Program-made: the position numbers and the translations under genes
Source of the DNA: Eubacteriales bacterium
Lineage (GTDB): Bacteria; Bacillota; Clostridia; Oscillospirales; UBA644
Length of the DNA: 64,000 nt
NCBI GenBank assembly: GCA_045543655.1
Contig: JAZPXN010000085.1
Span: forward strand, 422 to 64,421
Reading direction: 5' to 3'
The notes under the pieces: generated by a model
The model's input: only the letters and a program-made list of their open reading frames with translations
What the model was told of the DNA's origin: nothing
Databases searched by the model: none
Part shown: positions 49,499-58,915 of the stretch, in pieces
Layout: each line of letters begins with the position of its first letter
How positions within the stretch are numbered: position 1 is the first letter of the stretch

Positions 49499-50641
49499 AT
49501 GAAACGAATTCTTTCCCTTCTTTTGTGCTGCCTTCTGGCCTTTGGGCTTGCGGCCTGCGGCGGGCAGACCGGGCCGGTGGTCTCCGATTACGGAAGCGCT
49601 TCTTCCGCCCCTTCCTCGGTCTCCGATACGGACGACGCTTCTGATGCTTCCGGCAAGACCGATTCTAACGCCGTCTCCGACGCGGTGGTTTTCGACCCCG
49701 GAATCGAGCATCAGATCCTGGTCTGTGATATCATGAACCATTCCGTCGTCCAGCTGGATCTGAACGTCTGCAACGGCGATTACAAGCTTCTTCGGGAGGA
49801 ATCCGCCGTGGTCTGGGAATGGGATGCGGACGAGGACCCCAATTGCCACCTGAAGCCCGGCTCCGGCATCGACGACGCCAAGATCCGGTATTCTCCCTAT
49901 TACGAAAAAGACGTTGTCATCGCTACCTCCTCCGGCGGCAAGGCCTACGTCGTCGATTATGAAAACAAGACCGTTCTCTGGGAAACCTCTCAATCCAACG
50001 GCCCCCACTCCATTGAAATGATGCCCAACGGGGACGTGGTCGTGGCCGGCTCCGGCGGGAGCAATTGGGAAACTGCAGGGAGCCTGGTTTACTACCCCCT
50101 GTCCACCGGCGCCGTGGGGAGAGGGCACGAATACTCCGTTCCTTCCTGTCACGGCGTGCAATGGGACCCCGTGCAGGAGGTGCTGTGGGTTCTGGGGTAT
50201 TACGGCGTGGAGGCGCTGGTCGTCAAGGACGGCAGGCTGTCTCCGGTTTCCGGCCTTTCCGTGGAATTTGACGGAGACGTCGGAGGACACGACCTTGCCC
50301 CCGTTTACGGGCAGCCCGGAAAATATTGGGTCACCGCTCATAAATATCTGTGGCTCTTCGATTCCGTGGAAATGACGCTTGTGAACCGATACGAATATTC
50401 CAACCGTCTCTCCGAAAAGAATCTGAAGGGCGTCGCCTCCTTTGCCGACGGCACTATGGTGCAGTGCGTGGCCAACGTTGGCTCCGATCTGCACGCTACC
50501 TGGTCTACCAAGGCCCTGCGGATTCTGTGGCCGCAAAGGACCGACGGAAAGGTCTCAAAGGTGAAAATGGAGGATTCGACCATTATGTTCTCCGACCGGG
50601 AATTCTATAAGGTCCATACCTTCTGTAAAGATTATCAATAA
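49499..50641 (+). CDS. Beta-propeller-like lipoprotein, array member 4
   Basis: Lipobox LAAC, motifs PHSIEMMPNG, HGVQWDP and GHDLAP, ending FYKVHTFCKDYQ. Confidence 0.85.
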   Translation: MKRILSLLLCCLLAFGLAACGGQTGPVVSDYGSASSAPSSVSDTDDASDASGKTDSNAVSDAVVFDPGIEHQILVCDIMNHSVVQLDLNVCNGDYKLLREESAVVWEWDADEDPNCHLKPGSGIDDAKIRYSPYYEKDVVIATSSGGKAYVVDYENKTVLWETSQSNGPHSIEMMPNGDVVVAGSGGSNWETAGSLVYYPLSTGAVGRGHEYSVPSCHGVQWDPVQEVLWVLGYYGVEALVVKDGRLSPVSGLSVEFDGDVGGHDLAPVYGQPGKYWVTAHKYLWLFDSVEMTLVNRYEYSNRLSEKNLKGVASFADGTMVQCVANVGSDLHATWSTKALRILWPQRTDGKVSKVKMEDSTIMFSDREFYKVHTFCKDYQ

Positions 50642-50680
50642 AACCGTTGCGATACGCTTCGATAAAAGGAGATTTTACTT

Positions 50681-51835
50681 ATGTTGAAAAAGATTCTTTC
50701 CCTTCTGTTATGCTCCCTGATGCTTCTGTCCCTTGCGGCCTGCGGCCCCACGGAAGATCCCTCCGGCACGAATACGGCCGGCTCCGACGCTCCTTCCGGG
50801 ACCGAGGGAGGAAACGACGCTTCCTCCGACGACAAAAAAGAAGGGGATCTGGTGGTTTACGATCCTGACATCGACCATCTGTTTTTGGCCACCGATATCT
50901 GCAACCACAGCATCGTGCTGTACGATCTGGACCGTTGTGAAGACGTTTACGAGAATCTTCTGACCGACAAGTGCGTGGTCTGGGAATGGGACGCCGACGA
51001 AGACCCCAACTGCAAGGGCAACGTGGGCGCCGGCATCGACGCTGCCAAATACCGCTATTCTCCCTATTATGAGAAAGACGTCATTATTGCCTGCTCCTCC
51101 TCCGGCTGGGCAGGGGTCATCGACTATGAAGAAAAGACCGTTCTGTGGGAATATGCCATCGGTTCCGGCCCTCACTCCATTGAGATGATGCCCAACGGCG
51201 ACGTGGTCGTAGCCTGCTCCGGCGGGGAATTCGAGGGCAAGCTGTCCTACGTTCCTCTGTCTGCCGGCGCGACCAAGCCCTCTCACGAAATTTTCTGCCC
51301 CTCCGGTCACGGCGTATCCTACGATCCCGTCAACGAATGTCTGTGGGTCCTGGAATTTGAACAGGTCTTCGCCGTCAACGTGCAGGGCTACGGCACCGCC
51401 AAGGCCAAGCTGGTTCGCCTCAACGGCACCGGATACGATTTCGGCGCGTCCAAGGAAGATACCTCCGGTCACGTTCTGTCCCCCAAATACGGGGAGCCCG
51501 GAAAATATTGGGTTGCCGGCGGGAAGCTGTGGATTTTCGATACTGCCACCGAAAAACTGTCGAAGGCCTATCCCCACAGCAGCGCCTATAACCACAAATC
51601 CGCCAACTGGATGAAGGGCGTTGCCTATTTTGAAGACGGCACCATGATCCAGACCGTGCCGGGGTCCGGCGGTGACACCACTTACGACTGGTCCTGCGGC
51701 GGCTTCCGTATTACGGTTCTGGAGGAATCCACCGGCAAGGTGAAAAAGGCCGTAGCCAAGACCCACGAGATCTATTTTGAAAGAACCGACCGTGAATTTT
51801 ACAAGGTCCATCCCTTCAACAAGAACTATCAGTGA
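50681..51835 (+). CDS. Beta-propeller-like lipoprotein, array member 5
   Basis: Lipobox LAAC, motifs PHSIEMMPNG, HGVSYDP and GHVLSP, ending FYKVHPFNKNYQ. Confidence 0.85.
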   Translation: MLKKILSLLLCSLMLLSLAACGPTEDPSGTNTAGSDAPSGTEGGNDASSDDKKEGDLVVYDPDIDHLFLATDICNHSIVLYDLDRCEDVYENLLTDKCVVWEWDADEDPNCKGNVGAGIDAAKYRYSPYYEKDVIIACSSSGWAGVIDYEEKTVLWEYAIGSGPHSIEMMPNGDVVVACSGGEFEGKLSYVPLSAGATKPSHEIFCPSGHGVSYDPVNECLWVLEFEQVFAVNVQGYGTAKAKLVRLNGTGYDFGASKEDTSGHVLSPKYGEPGKYWVAGGKLWIFDTATEKLSKAYPHSSAYNHKSANWMKGVAYFEDGTMIQTVPGSGGDTTYDWSCGGFRITVLEESTGKVKKAVAKTHEIYFERTDREFYKVHPFNKNYQ

Positions 51836-51853
51836 TTCACGGAAAGGTAAGTC

Positions 51854-53275
51854 ATGAAAAAGCGTATTTTTGCGGGGTTTCTCGCTCTTTTGCTCCTTCT
51901 TTCCTTTGCCGCCTGCGGAGATCCCGCCGAACCTTCCGACGGTTCGGGGAGTGATTCGGTTTCCGGCGTTTTCACCGATGCGTCTGCAGATCCGTCCTCT
52001 GACGCCGTGACCGACGGGACCTCCGACGGGTCTTCCGTGGAAGCGTCCGATTCCGCTACCGATTCCGCTACCGATTCCGCTTCTTCCGCCTCCGGATCGG
52101 TCACCGATTCCGACGAAGCGACCGACGAGACCTACGAGTCCGACGACGAGACCGTCCCCGACGGCCCCACCTACGGGGATTACGACGACGCGCCTCCGGA
52201 GGGCGGTGAGGATACCGACGTGTATCTGCCCGGATTTGCTCCCTCCCTGACCCCCTCCACCTCCGACGGGACGGGCTCCGGGCTTCCTACCGAGGACGAG
52301 CAGGATCCCCCTGCGGCGAACGACACCGTCGTAGGCAATACCCTCTCCGGTCTTATGGCCATCACCGACCAGCGCAACGGACAGATTGCCGTGGTGGATC
52401 TGGCCAACCCGGATATCACCTCCGCTTCCGCTCTGAAATGGCTCTGGTCTCCCACCATGCACGGGGACGTGACCGTGAACAGCACGGGGAAGCATCTGGA
52501 CGACGTCGTGGTCCGGGAGGTTCACGCCGGGCTTTTTGACGGCACCGTGGTGGGCGTTTCCAATTCCGGCGGCTTTGTCGCCGTGGTGGAATATCCCTCC
52601 GGAAAATGCCTTTTTAACGTCAGCATTCCGGGTTACGGTCCTCACGATATCGAGATTCTCCCCAACGGACTCGTCGTTGTGGCCTGCTCCGGCAACGGGA
52701 ACGAGGACAGAGCCTGTCTGCGGGTTTATCGGGCAAGATCCAAGAACGATACCGTCTGCGCCTCGGTGTTCCTTTCCAGTGCCCACGGGGTATTGTGGGA
52801 TCCCGACCGGCAATGGGTCTGGGCCTTGGGGAACGTCAGTCTGAACGCCTATACCATCAGCGGAAGCCCCTCCACCACCCCCAAGATCTCTGCCGTCAAC
52901 GGCGTGGGTGCCGTTGGATTTTCCGGTGGACATTGCCTCTCTCCCGTCTACGGGAATCCCGACCGGCTTTGGATTTCTGCGGGATCGAAGGTCTACCAGG
53001 TGGATAAAGATACGGGAAAGCTTTATACCGATTACGTGGGGGCTGAGCGGATCAACACCTCCGCCATCAAGAGCGTCAACTCCTTTGCAAACGGTACCAC
53101 CGTCTGGACCCGTGCCGACAGCGCAAACGCCACCGCGACCCACAATACCGACGTGGTCAATATTCTTTATTACAACGTTTACGCCTCCGGGAAGAGGGTC
53201 AGGGCCTATATGAACGTTAAATTCTCCAATCGGGATTTTTACAAGGTGAGACCCTTCGTTACCGCCTATCAATAA
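51854..53275 (+). CDS. Beta-propeller-like lipoprotein, array member 6 (long acidic stalk)
   Basis: Lipobox FAAC, a ~140-aa Asp/Ser/Thr linker, motifs PHDIEILPNG, HGVLWDP and GHCLSP, ending FYKVRPFVTAYQ. Confidence 0.85.
   Translation: MKKRIFAGFLALLLLLSFAACGDPAEPSDGSGSDSVSGVFTDASADPSSDAVTDGTSDGSSVEASDSATDSATDSASSASGSVTDSDEATDETYESDDETVPDGPTYGDYDDAPPEGGEDTDVYLPGFAPSLTPSTSDGTGSGLPTEDEQDPPAANDTVVGNTLSGLMAITDQRNGQIAVVDLANPDITSASALKWLWSPTMHGDVTVNSTGKHLDDVVVREVHAGLFDGTVVGVSNSGGFVAVVEYPSGKCLFNVSIPGYGPHDIEILPNGLVVVACSGNGNEDRACLRVYRARSKNDTVCASVFLSSAHGVLWDPDRQWVWALGNVSLNAYTISGSPSTTPKISAVNGVGAVGFSGGHCLSPVYGNPDRLWISAGSKVYQVDKDTGKLYTDYVGAERINTSAIKSVNSFANGTTVWTRADSANATATHNTDVVNILYYNVYASGKRVRAYMNVKFSNRDFYKVRPFVTAYQ
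52047..52081 (+). repeat. 12-bp tandem repeat (about 3 copies) in the linker of member 6
   Basis: CCGATTCCGCTA twice plus CCGATTCCGCT, encoding DSATDSATDSA. Confidence 0.85.
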
Positions 53276-53288
53276 ACAGAAAGCGTGT

Positions 53289-54215
53289 ATGCCGATGAAA
53301 CCGAAATGGATTGCTCTGACCGATCAGCGCAACGACGAGATCGTCGTCCTGGATCTCTCCTCCAAGGATTTTGCGGATCCGGTCTGGCGCTGGTCTCCCA
53401 CGGGACGGGGGGATCTTTCCTATCCGGGCGAGAAGAACCGCCGTCTTGATTCCTTTACCCTGCGCAAGGTGAACGCCGGCCTTTTTCACGGCCCCGTGGC
53501 AGGAGTGACCAAATCCGGCGGCATGGTCGCCGTGGTGGAGTATCCCTCCGGGAAATGTCTGTTTAACGTAGACGCTTCCGGCTACGGCCCCCACGATATC
53601 GATATATTGCCCAACGGGTGCGTTGCGGTGGCCTGCTCCGGAAACGGAAACGCCGCCATGGCGGAGCTTCGGGTCTATCGGGCCGGAACCAAGGATGAGG
53701 ACGCCCGGGTCTCGGTTCCTCTCCCCGGCGTGCACGGGGTTCTGTGGGACCCCTCCCTGGAGATTCTCTGGTGCCTGAGTTATTCGGAATTGCGTGCCTA
53801 TCGCATTTCCCTTTCCTTTGAGGGAATGCCCATCTTATCCCGGGTCAAGGATCGGGGCGTGGGCGGCCTTCGCTCCGGCCACTGTCTGTCTCCGGTTTAC
53901 GGAGCCCCCGATCGGCTTTGGATTACCGACGCCGACGGCGTGTATCAGTATTCCAAGTCTATGGATACCTTCTGTGACGGGTATCCCGGAAAATCGAAGG
54001 TCTGTATCCCCAGCGTCAAGAGCATTAACAGCTATGCCGACGGGACTCTGGTCATGACCGTGGCTGACGGCAAGCGCAACGCTACCGCGCCTCACAACAC
54101 CGATACGGTGCGCATCCTCGTCCCCGATAAGACGGGGGAATACGTTTCCCGGGATCTGAAGTTCGAGAACCGTGATTTTTATAAGGTACGTATCTTCGAT
54201 CCGTCGTATCAATGA
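53289..54215 (+). CDS. Array member 7, propeller domain without signal peptide
   Basis: Starts directly at WIALTDQRN. Motifs PHDIDILPNG, HGVLWDP and GHCLSP, ending FYKVRIFDPSYQ. Confidence 0.82.
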   Translation: MPMKPKWIALTDQRNDEIVVLDLSSKDFADPVWRWSPTGRGDLSYPGEKNRRLDSFTLRKVNAGLFHGPVAGVTKSGGMVAVVEYPSGKCLFNVDASGYGPHDIDILPNGCVAVACSGNGNAAMAELRVYRAGTKDEDARVSVPLPGVHGVLWDPSLEILWCLSYSELRAYRISLSFEGMPILSRVKDRGVGGLRSGHCLSPVYGAPDRLWITDADGVYQYSKSMDTFCDGYPGKSKVCIPSVKSINSYADGTLVMTVADGKRNATAPHNTDTVRILVPDKTGEYVSRDLKFENRDFYKVRIFDPSYQ

Positions 54216-54270
54216 TCCTTCCGGGAATTCCGGAAAATGTGAAAAATATTCGAAATAATCCAAAATCCTC

Positions 54271-54299
54271 TTGCTTTTTTACTGCAGATGGTGTATAAT
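54271..54299 (+). promoter_or_regulatory. Sigma-A promoter of tRNA-Ser
   Basis: TTGCTT-17 bp-TATAAT. Confidence 0.7.
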
Positions 54300-54334
54300 A
54301 GTCCACGGTGACTTTCCGAAGCCGCCGTGAATAT

Positions 54335-54426
54335 GGAGAGATGGCTGAGCTGGTCTAAGGCGCACGACTGGAAATCGTGTAAGGGCTAATAACTCTTCGG
54401 GGGTTCGAATCCCCCTCTCTCCGCCA
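54335..54426 (+). tRNA. tRNA-Ser(GGA)
   Basis: Acceptor stem GGAGAGA/TCTCTCC, anticodon arm CACGA-CTGGAAA-TCGTG, a long variable arm, GGTTCGAATCC T-arm, discriminator G and encoded CCA. Confidence 0.97.
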
Positions 54427-54428
54427 TG

Positions 54429-54458
54429 AAGCACCTGCAGTTTTGCGGGTGCTTTTTG
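54429..54458 (+). terminator. Terminator after tRNA-Ser
   Basis: AAGCACCTGCA...TGCGGGTGCTT followed by TTT. Confidence 0.7.
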
Positions 54459-54493
54459 TTATACCGAAAATTGATTTTAAGGTGTTTTTTGCT

Positions 54494-55453
54494 ATGAAAA
54501 AAATTGCGCTTCTTTTGGCTCTGCTGTTCTCTCTGTCCCTTCTTGCCGGGTGTATGCCTATGCGTATGGAGCCGGCGCCGGTGGAGCCTCAGCGGATTCT
54601 GATTACCGATCAGCTTCACGAGGAGCTGCGGATCTACGATCTGCGCAACGAGGATCTTTCCGAGCCGGAATGGTCCTGGGGCTGCGACGAGGAAACCTTC
54701 CGCAGCGTGGACGGGGCGAAGTATCGCTTCGACCCCATTTCCGGGGTCAACGTCATTGCCTTCTGCTCCTCCGGAGGCTTTGCCGGCATCGTCACCTATC
54801 CCGTGGGAGAGCTGATTTCTTACGTTTCCTATGCGGGAAGCAATCCCCATTCGGTGGAAATTTTGCCCGACGGCGCGCTGGCGGTGGCATCGTCTACCGG
54901 GAACACGGTGCGCATTTATCCCCGGATTCCCTACGGCGACGCGGAGCTGACCGAATATACCCAGGTGGAGCTTTCCAGCGCTCACGGCGTTCTGTGGGAT
55001 CCTGCCGAGGAGGTTCTGTGGGCGTTGGGGATGAACGATCTGGTTGCTTACGAGGTGACGGAGGATCACGAAATGATCGAGCGGGACGATCTGTCCATTC
55101 ATCTGCCCTACGGCGGCGGACACGATCTTCAGCCGGTCTTCGGCACGGAGGATCTGTTCTGGGTTACCGGGAACAGCAACGTGATGCAGGTCAACAAGAC
55201 CACCGGCGAGGTTTCGATCCGTTATCCCGGCTGGGGGACGGTCAGCGCCCTTACGGCGGTGAAGGGGATCGGCAATTTTGACGACGGAACCCTGCTGATG
55301 GCCCAGCAGAACGGTACTTATAAAGAATGGAACACCAATACCGTTACTCTGGGCTATTACGATGCGAAGGATAACCTGTATCATCTGGAGCAGCGGGTGA
55401 TCCCCGACGTGGCCTTTTACAAAGTACGGGTGTTTGAGAAAAGTTACCGATAA
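54494..55453 (+). CDS. Beta-propeller-like lipoprotein, array member 8 (almost no linker)
   Basis: Lipobox LAGC, motifs PHSVEILPDG, HGVLWDP and GHDLQP, ending FYKVRVFEKSYR. Start at MKKIAL after TAAGGTG. Confidence 0.85.
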   Translation: MKKIALLLALLFSLSLLAGCMPMRMEPAPVEPQRILITDQLHEELRIYDLRNEDLSEPEWSWGCDEETFRSVDGAKYRFDPISGVNVIAFCSSGGFAGIVTYPVGELISYVSYAGSNPHSVEILPDGALAVASSTGNTVRIYPRIPYGDAELTEYTQVELSSAHGVLWDPAEEVLWALGMNDLVAYEVTEDHEMIERDDLSIHLPYGGGHDLQPVFGTEDLFWVTGNSNVMQVNKTTGEVSIRYPGWGTVSALTAVKGIGNFDDGTLLMAQQNGTYKEWNTNTVTLGYYDAKDNLYHLEQRVIPDVAFYKVRVFEKSYR

Positions 55454-55498
55454 TGCTTTCTCTTCACGATAAAAAACCAAAGAAAGAGGTACTACGTT

Positions 55499-56578
55499 AT
55501 GAAACGAATTCTGTCTCTTCTGCTTCTTCTCGTTATGGTTGCGGGGCTGGTAGCTTGCGGGGAAACGGCGGGGAACACCGATTCCTCCGGGACCGATTCC
55601 GCAGTCCCCGGCACCGGCTCTGTGGGCGGAAGCTCCTCCGACGCCGTAAATTCCGACGACGCCGAGGAAGAATGGAAGCCCGGCACCGAGCCCAATCTGG
55701 TCATGGCCTGCGATCAGTGGAACCACCGTATCGTGGTCTACGATATGGCGCTCCTCGATGAGAAGGGCAGCCTGGATAAGGCGGAGGTCCTGGAGATCCA
55801 CGATGCTCACACCGCCGGCCTGAAATATCGTGAAGACACGGTCTACGGGGACGTGATCATCTATTCCGATACCCATATCGTTTCTTATCCCGAAGGGGAA
55901 AAGATCTGGAGCGCTCCCGGAAAGGCCGGCTCCAATCCTCACTCTATTGAGATCCTTCCCAGCGGGAATATCGTTACCGCTTCCTCCACCGACGGGCAGG
56001 TTTCCATCTTCAACACCTACGCCAATCTGAAGGAGGGCGCGGCGCTGAAGGTTTCTTATTATTCGCTGCCCGGCGCTCACGGGGTTCTGTGGGATCCCGA
56101 AAACGAATTGGTCTGGGCCATCGGCGACTACGATCTGGTGGCCTATCAGGTACGGGAAAAGGACGGCGTGGAGATCCTTTCGAAGGTCAACGGCATCGGC
56201 GCCAAGCTGCCCACCACCGGCGGCCACGATCTCTCTGCAGATCTGACCGACACCAACTTCCTGTGGTGCACCACCAACAGCGGCGTTTATCATTTCGATA
56301 AGGAAGCCAACGAGTTTATCACCAAATTCAATCAGTACGCCAAGCTGAGCAAGAAGTCGGTCAAAGGCTTCGGCAATAACCGCAACGGCAATTTCTTCTT
56401 CTGCTTCCCCAACCACGGCCCCGGCCGGGAATGGGAAAAGGAAGGGATCGCCGATTGGTGTACCGACACCATTTATTACGCTTATTGGAAGAGCGAAAAT
56501 TTCCTGTACGTACAGCCCTGCGTATCGGAAAAGTCCGCCTTCTATAAGGTCCGCGTTCTCTGCGGTCAATATCAATAA
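55499..56578 (+). CDS. Beta-propeller-like lipoprotein, array member 9
   Basis: Lipobox LVAC, motifs PHSIEILPSG, HGVLWDP and GHDLSA, ending FYKVRVLCGQYQ. Confidence 0.85.
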   Translation: MKRILSLLLLLVMVAGLVACGETAGNTDSSGTDSAVPGTGSVGGSSSDAVNSDDAEEEWKPGTEPNLVMACDQWNHRIVVYDMALLDEKGSLDKAEVLEIHDAHTAGLKYREDTVYGDVIIYSDTHIVSYPEGEKIWSAPGKAGSNPHSIEILPSGNIVTASSTDGQVSIFNTYANLKEGAALKVSYYSLPGAHGVLWDPENELVWAIGDYDLVAYQVREKDGVEILSKVNGIGAKLPTTGGHDLSADLTDTNFLWCTTNSGVYHFDKEANEFITKFNQYAKLSKKSVKGFGNNRNGNFFFCFPNHGPGREWEKEGIADWCTDTIYYAYWKSENFLYVQPCVSEKSAFYKVRVLCGQYQ

Positions 56579-56599
56579 CTTTTTAAAGGAGAAACCGCT

Positions 56600-57691
56600 A
56601 TGAAAAAGCTGCTTGCGATTTTTTTGATCCTGACCCTTACCCTTGCCCTCGTAGCCTGCGGCGGAGACCCTGCCGAAAATCCCACCGATTCCGGATCTGC
56701 CGGTGACAGCGTCGTTTCCGACACCGACAAGACCCCCGCCTCCGACGATGAGGAAAGTGAAGATTCCGAAAAGGAATGGGAGCCTTTGGAGGTTGCCGCA
56801 AACAAATTCATCGTATCCGATTACCTCAACCGTCGTCTGGTGGTTTACGATCTGGATCTCGTTCCCGAAGAGGGCGATCTGTCTTTGGGCGAAATCTGGG
56901 CCCTTGAAGGGGTCTATTCCGCTTCGGTCAAATACCGGGAAAATACCAAATACGGTACCGTGGTTCTCACCACCCATAACGGTCCCGTCATCACCGATTT
57001 CGAGACCAAGGAAGAGATCTGGTGCGGCGGCGCCGGCAAGGCGGGCTCCAACCCCCACTCCATTGAAATTCTGCCCAGCGGCAATATCGTTACCGCCTCC
57101 TCCACCGACGGTCTGGTCCGTATTTTCAATACCTACGATATGGTGACGAACGGCGCTCCCATTAAGCATAAGAGCTACGAGCTGCCCAGCGCTCACGGCG
57201 TTCTGTGGGATCCGGAAAGCGAATTGCTTTGGGCTCTTGGGGAAACGGAGCTGATTGCGTACGTGGTGAAGGAGCAGGACGGCATGGAGGTTCTCCAGAA
57301 GGTCAACGGCATCGGTGCCAAGCTGCCTACCTACGGCGGTCACGATCTTTCCGCCGATCTGATGGACTCCAATTTCCTGTGGTGCACCACCAACAAAGGC
57401 GTCTATCATTTTGATAAGGAAGCCAACGAATTCGACGAAAAATACAATCAGTACGCCAAACTGAACAAGGGTGCCGTCAAGGGCTTCGGCAACAACAAGA
57501 ACGGCAATTTCATCTTCTCTCAGGCCAAGGGTGACGACGACGAGACCCTGCCCACCGGCGCTCCCGGCTGGAGCACCGACGTGATCACCTTCGGCTTCTG
57601 GAAGAGCGAAAACTTCCTGTACCTCCGGGAAATTCAGTGCAAAGACTGCGCCTTCTACAAGGCCCGTGTGCTCCACGGTGATTATCAATAA
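56600..57691 (+). CDS. Beta-propeller-like lipoprotein, array member 10
   Basis: Lipobox LVAC, motifs PHSIEILPSG, HGVLWDP and GHDLSA, ending FYKARVLHGDYQ. Confidence 0.85.
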   Translation: MKKLLAIFLILTLTLALVACGGDPAENPTDSGSAGDSVVSDTDKTPASDDEESEDSEKEWEPLEVAANKFIVSDYLNRRLVVYDLDLVPEEGDLSLGEIWALEGVYSASVKYRENTKYGTVVLTTHNGPVITDFETKEEIWCGGAGKAGSNPHSIEILPSGNIVTASSTDGLVRIFNTYDMVTNGAPIKHKSYELPSAHGVLWDPESELLWALGETELIAYVVKEQDGMEVLQKVNGIGAKLPTYGGHDLSADLMDSNFLWCTTNKGVYHFDKEANEFDEKYNQYAKLNKGAVKGFGNNKNGNFIFSQAKGDDDETLPTGAPGWSTDVITFGFWKSENFLYLREIQCKDCAFYKARVLHGDYQ

Positions 57692-57708
57692 TTCTCTGTG
57701 AGGACCTT

Positions 57709-58794
57709 ATGATGAAACGAATCGTATCGCTTCTTCTTCTTTCCACCCTTATTCTTGGAGCTCTGGTCGGATGCGTTCCTCAGAGCACTCCCGTTTCCGA
57801 TTCCTCCGCCGGAAACCAATCCGCCGTCTCCGATTCCGCCTCCGTCGATTCCTCCGATTCCGCCGACAAGCCGGAGAAGCGCTCCGCTCAGGAGATTCTG
57901 GAGGCCTCCGAGCATCTGGTGGGGCTTTGCGATCAGGGAAACAGCCGCATTATCGTCAGCGATCTTGCGGTGGAGGATTGGGAAAACGACAACGCCGTGG
58001 TCTGGGAATACAAGGACGATTCCTGCCGGTCCGTGGCCGGCATCAAGCTGCGCTGGAGCGAGGTTTTCCAGGAGCTGGTGGTAGCCTATTGCTGGCACGG
58101 CGGGGCGGCTATCGTTTCCTATGAAGACAAAAAAGAGTTGTACAGCACCAACCTCACCGGTGTCAATCCCCACTCGGTGGAGATTTTGCCCGACGGTCAT
58201 CTGATTGTGGCCTCGTCCACCGACAACGACGTGCGGCTTTACGATGCGGAGGATCAGAAAAACGGCAAGGGACGCCATTGCCAGAAGATTGACTTTCCCA
58301 ACGCTCACGGGGTTCTGTGGGATCCGGAATACGAGGTGGTCTGGCTGTGGGGAACCGATCAGCTGTCCGCCTATTCCGTGGTGGAAAAGGACGGCAAGCC
58401 CTGGCTTGCGCCTATGGGCGGCATGACCTACAAGGCTCCGAAATCCGGCGCTCACGATCTCTGCCCCGTATACGGAAATAAGGATCAGATGTTCATTACC
58501 TGCGGCAACGGTATTATGATCTTCGATAAATCCACCGAGGAATTTTCCTTCGCCTACCCCGGCGGCTCGGTGGGACGGAAGCATTCCTACGCCCCCGGTA
58601 CCGGCAATTTTGAGCAGGACGGCGTGTTCTTCTTCACCTCCATCAAGGACGATACCATGGTTCTGAACGATTGGTGCACCAATATCGTTTTCGTTTACGT
58701 GCCGAACGCCGACGGCGTGGGGAAGCTGCTCCGCCGCAAGGCTCCCAACGACGCCTATTATAAGGTCCGCACCTGGTCTCCCGATTATCAATAA
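57709..58794 (+). CDS. Beta-propeller-like lipoprotein, array member 11
   Basis: Lipobox LVGC, motifs PHSVEILPDG, HGVLWDP and AHDLCP, ending YYKVRTWSPDYQ. Confidence 0.85.
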   Translation: MMKRIVSLLLLSTLILGALVGCVPQSTPVSDSSAGNQSAVSDSASVDSSDSADKPEKRSAQEILEASEHLVGLCDQGNSRIIVSDLAVEDWENDNAVVWEYKDDSCRSVAGIKLRWSEVFQELVVAYCWHGGAAIVSYEDKKELYSTNLTGVNPHSVEILPDGHLIVASSTDNDVRLYDAEDQKNGKGRHCQKIDFPNAHGVLWDPEYEVVWLWGTDQLSAYSVVEKDGKPWLAPMGGMTYKAPKSGAHDLCPVYGNKDQMFITCGNGIMIFDKSTEEFSFAYPGGSVGRKHSYAPGTGNFEQDGVFFFTSIKDDTMVLNDWCTNIVFVYVPNADGVGKLLRRKAPNDAYYKVRTWSPDYQ

Positions 58795-58802
58795 CTGAAA
58801 AC

Positions 58803-58879
58803 GATCTCCGGATCCGGGTTCTTTGCCGATCCGGAGATTCTTTTTCGTACTTGACAAGTCGTCCGGGATATGGTATACT
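58803..58879 (+). promoter_or_regulatory. Terminator followed by an internal promoter within the array
   Basis: Hairpin ATCTCCGGATC...GATCCGGAGAT with a T run, then TTGACA-17 bp-TATACT (58851-58879) with an extended -10 TG. Confidence 0.72.
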
Positions 58880-58915
58880 GACCCTATGAAACCAATTGTT
58901 ACGGAGGATTACCTC

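Noticed and set aside
54335..54426. tRNA-Ser as the attachment site of an integrated island
   Set aside because: I found no integrase and no direct repeat of the tRNA 3' end. Base composition and gene family are the same on both sides.
45995..56600. Many array genes share one reading frame (spacers of 18, 21, 39 and 45 nt), suggesting stop read-through into a polyprotein
   Set aside because: Spacers 4-5 and 5-6 contain a second in-frame stop. Each gene also has its own RBS and signal peptide. Inheritance from duplication or chance explains the pattern.
45878..57688. Very long antisense ORFs over the array (1552 aa at 45878-50536, 854 aa at 50708-53272, 1100 aa at 54386-57688)
   Set aside because: They are shadows of sense genes that avoid TTA/CTA/TCA codons and happen to lie in the same frame. 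They show no motifs, and one overlaps the tRNA.
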